This document shows, piece by piece, positions 28,250 to 30,808 of a stretch of DNA of 30,808 nt. The position numbers and the translations under genes are program-made. The notes beneath the pieces are model-generated. The model had not been told where the DNA came from. It did no database searches and worked only from the letters and a program-made list of their open reading frames with translations. Within the stretch, counting starts at the first letter, position 1. The number at the start of each line of letters is the position of its first letter. This DNA comes from an uncultured delta proteobacterium. Its GTDB lineage: Bacteria; Desulfobacterota; Desulfobacteria; Desulfobacterales; UBA2156. The DNA is taken from NCBI GenBank assembly GCA_963736855.1, contig CAVTQK010000018.1, forward strand, positions 1-30,808, read 5' to 3'.

Positions 28250-28501
28250 AGATGACAGATGACAGATGACAGATGACGGAGGATGGAGGATGGGAGATGG
28301 GAGATGGAGGACAGATTAAAGATGACAGAGGACGGAGGACGGAGGGCAGATGACGGATGACAGATGACGGAGGAGAGATGAGAGATGACGGAGGGCGGAG
28401 GACGGAAGAGGGAGGATGGAGGATGGAAGAGAGAAGACGGAGGACAGATTACAGATGACGGAGGACAGATGACGGAGGACGGAGGATGGAGGATGGGAGA
28501 T
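28250..28501. repeat. Degenerate heptamer tandem array 2 (36 units in phase)
   Basis: 252 bp = 36x7: agatgac x4, ggaggat, gggagat, ggaggac, ggagggc and variants. Confidence 0.95.
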
Positions 28502-28570
28502 AACAAAAGAAGAAAGAGGGGGAAGGGAGACACTGGCAAAAGAAAAGATGCTCAGCCTCCGGCGATCGGT

Positions 28571-28884
28571 TCAAGCGGCAGGTCGGCGTGCTCGTTTGGA
28601 CTTCAATTCGCGCTTGGCTGCCGCATACGCCACCTCTTCTATCTCGATTCGCTCTTTGATCACCCTCGTGAGCCACTCTTCGACTCTGGGAGCATGGTGC
28701 ATTCGAGCGAGAAACGCTGCCCTTTCCCCGAGGTCCGGAGGAAGGGGGAAAAACACCCGGGTTTGCCGCGTCGCACTTCAATCGGTGACTCCCAAGCGGC
28801 GTCGTTTTCGGCCTGGGAGATAACCATGTCGTCGATTTCTCGTGAGGTTTGTTTTCTTGGCTTAGGGGATTTTTTCGCATTCAT
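28571..28884 (-). CDS. Putative antitoxin partner of BrnT (indel near 28750)
   Basis: MNAKKSPKPRKQTSREIDDMVISQAENDAAWESPIEVRRGKP then LPPDLGERAAFLARMHH...VIKERIEIEE; ATGA overlap with the brnT stop codon. Confidence 0.7.
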
Positions 28885-29132
28885 AATGGCCATCCCGTGA
28901 TGATCCGGACCACGTTTCCGGGCTTGAGTTGAAAAATGATCTTTAGACGCCTTCCGGCCCAGGTACGGCCAATCAATTGAAAACGGTCTTTGAACTGCTT
29001 GTTTCGCCGTACGACGAAATCGGAGAAAAAGATTTCTACTGCCTCTTCGAAAGATACCCTGTGGACCGAGAGCTTGTCACTCTCGAAATCGTATTCAAAC
29101 TCACTCGGCTGGAATCGATTCCACTTTACCAA
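28881..29132 (-). CDS. BrnT-family toxin (RelE-like ribonuclease)
   Basis: FEYDFESDKLSVHRVSFEEAVEIF, RFQLIGRTWAGRRLKIIF, VRIITGW. Confidence 0.82.
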   Translation of the reverse strand: MVKWNRFQPSEFEYDFESDKLSVHRVSFEEAVEIFFSDFVVRRNKQFKDRFQLIGRTWAGRRLKIIFQLKPGNVVRIITGWPL

Positions 29133-29199
29133 AGTATCCGTCCTTCTGAATAATTTTCTCCACTCTTAGCAGGAAGGGGGGCTCCCGTCGGACGGTCCC

Positions 29200-29222
29200 G
29201 CAGGCAAGGTTGCTTGCCCTAC
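29200..29222 (-). repeat. Single GTAG-type REP-like palindrome
   Basis: - strand reads GTAG GGCAAG CAAC CTTGCC TGC. Confidence 0.5.
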
Positions 29223-29505
29223 ATCTAATTAGCACTATATACTAAATCTATTCTTAAAGGAAGCGAAAGGAAACGACAACAACGAAAATTGAAACGGGGT
29301 CAGACCAAGTCAATAGGATTTGGACCATTTTTTAAACGCACCTCCCCTATTCGCCTGACGGTGTTATTTTTTACAATAAAAGGGCCGGAGGGAGGGGATA
29401 TTTTTCATAATTACTTGACCTAAACCGGTCAGTTATCAGATTATCTGGGAGCATTGAAGTCCGCTTTAGTGGGCTTTTTTATTTTCAGGAAAGGATGGGG
29501 CAAGG

Positions 29506-30009
29506 GTGGTGAAACACCCTTGCCCCGGAGACAGCGGGGGAATAAATCCCCCCAAACCTACTTCCTTGGTAATCTTTGTTCAGCTGGCTGTCAAGCATCT
29601 TTTCGGGGTGGGTCGGGATTTCGTTTGGCCCAGGCCGGAGCGGTGCCCCCGGTGCGGTGGCCGGATCTGGGGGCACGGGTTTGTCCCCGGATATTTTGAC
29701 GGTTATGACCAACCGCTCTGGCTGAAACGATATCAGTGTCCGGATTGCGGTTGTGTGATCCGTATGCGACCCCGGGGTTATTTCCAGCGTTTCCAAGCCT
29801 CCATCCAGACCATCCGCGACTGTCTGTCTTATTGGGTTCATCAGCACCGGTGGCAGGCCGGTCCCTCTCCTCCCCGCCAACGCCATTGGCTGAACGCCCT
29901 GCGGAAACACCTGGTCCTTCGCGAGGGACTGAACCGGATCCAGGATTTGTTGGCCGGTTTTGATCGGCTGTGGGACTTGGGGATTATCCCGGTCAGCCGG
30001 TCCCTTTAA
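29506..30009 (+). CDS. Zinc-finger accessory protein of the DDE element (DUF6431-like)
   Basis: CPRCGGRIWGHG...KRYQCPDCG; directly upstream of the integrase; start uncertain. Confidence 0.6.
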   Translation: MVKHPCPGDSGGINPPKPTSLVIFVQLAVKHLFGVGRDFVWPRPERCPRCGGRIWGHGFVPGYFDGYDQPLWLKRYQCPDCGCVIRMRPRGYFQRFQASIQTIRDCLSYWVHQHRWQAGPSPPRQRHWLNALRKHLVLREGLNRIQDLLAGFDRLWDLGIIPVSRSL

Positions 30010-30110
30010 TCCGCTACGAGGCCCGAAGCCATCACCCTACCGAGGGCTTTCGTTGTGCTTTCCCGGAGGAGTCGTTACAAGGGGAAAAATAACGAAAACG
30101 GAGGGTGCGT

Positions 30111-30808
30111 ATGGATGAAGAACAGAAAAAACGGATCGCGGTCTTTCGATTCGGGGCCATCGCCAACCTGGTCGGGGGCATCATCCTCGATCGGGGGGAT
30201 CGGGAACGGTTGATACGGGAGAAGTGTGACCACCAGTGGCAGATACCGGATTCCGAACGCAGCCGGTTGAGCCGGACTACCCTTAACCGCTGGGTCCGGC
30301 AGTATGACGGACGGTTGGAATCGTTATATCCGCGGGATCGGGCCGATATCGGGCAGAGCCGGACCCTGGAGGAAGAGATCGCTCAGGCCTTGATCCAGGC
30401 CCGGCAGGCCTTCCCCCGGGCGCCGGTGCGTAAACTGATCGAACACCTGGAACGCGAAGGCTGGGGGGAAACCCTCGCCTTCCACCGCCTATCGGTTCTT
30501 GCGGGATCGGGGTTTGATGAAAGCCCAACAGATCATCCCCGAAGACCGGCGGAAGTTTGAAGCGGAACTGGCTAATGACTTGTGGCAAAGCGATGTCTTG
30601 CATGGCCCCTTGGTGGAAATCGGCAACAAAAAACGTAAAAGCTATCTGATCGCCTTTATTGACGACTATTCCCGGCTGGTGCCGTACGGGGAATTTTATC
30701 TCGGGGAAGGCCTGGCTTTTTTTCTGAAAGCGCTGGAGCAGGCCCTGGCCACCCGTGGCCTCTGTAGAAAATTATATGTCGACAACGGCAGTGCCTTCCG
30801 CTCCCATC
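30111..30808 (+). CDS. DDE-type integrase/transposase (rve core), frameshift near 30480, 3' partial
   Basis: IAVFRFGAIA, HTH SRTTLNRWVRQY; after the shift STAYRFL...LWQSDVLHG...FIDDYSR...LYVDNGSAF. Confidence 0.88.

Larger units (their letters stand above)
29362..30808 (+). mobile_element. Left part of an rve/DDE (IS481/Mu-like) multi-gene element, runs off the window
   Basis: Candidate TGT end at 29362, terminator-like AAGTCCGC-TTTA-GTGGGCTT-TTTT near 29457, zinc-finger ORF, then integrase. Left boundary is a guess. Confidence 0.5.

Noticed and set aside
25842..28900. Low-complexity ORFs (PPSSVLR / EDGGRR) across the heptamer arrays
   Set aside because: Translations of 7-mer repeats that stay open in several frames; no RBS or domain evidence.

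Overview
Bacterial window, probably from an anaerobic deltaproteobacterium (Desulfobacterota-like; inferred from gene content only), in three blocks. (1) 1-11441: a + strand run of Liv-type ABC genes, an MtaA/CmuA-family methyltransferase, an arginase-family hydrolase, a CoA-acylating semialdehyde dehydrogenase, a NitD/MSMEG_0568-type radical SAM apparently fused to a NitE-type GNAT, a NitF/sll0787-type AIR-synthase-like protein and an SsuABC/NitT-type ABC importer. (2) 11781-23620: a redox block bracketed by a ~620 bp direct duplication carrying an AhpD/CMD CxxC gene and an IS21-like end. It holds a tautomerase, a tungsten-type aldehyde:ferredoxin oxidoreductase, only the C-terminal stub of pyruvate dehydrogenase E1, then E2, E3, lipB, lipA and an NTPase-wHTH regulator, followed by a DUF1326-like gene and a truncated flavin oxidoreductase. 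(3) 23774-30808: a mobile-DNA block with an IS66-like element, two phased heptamer arrays, a 313 bp duplication, a REP-associated tyrosine transposase, two toxin-antitoxin pairs and the start of an rve/DDE element. Many genes have single-base indels that are more likely sequencing errors than real pseudogenes. Best leads: an E1-less lipoyl relay possibly feeding AhpD, a RAYT/heptamer/TA cassette structure, and a nitrilase-less Nit1C-like operon.
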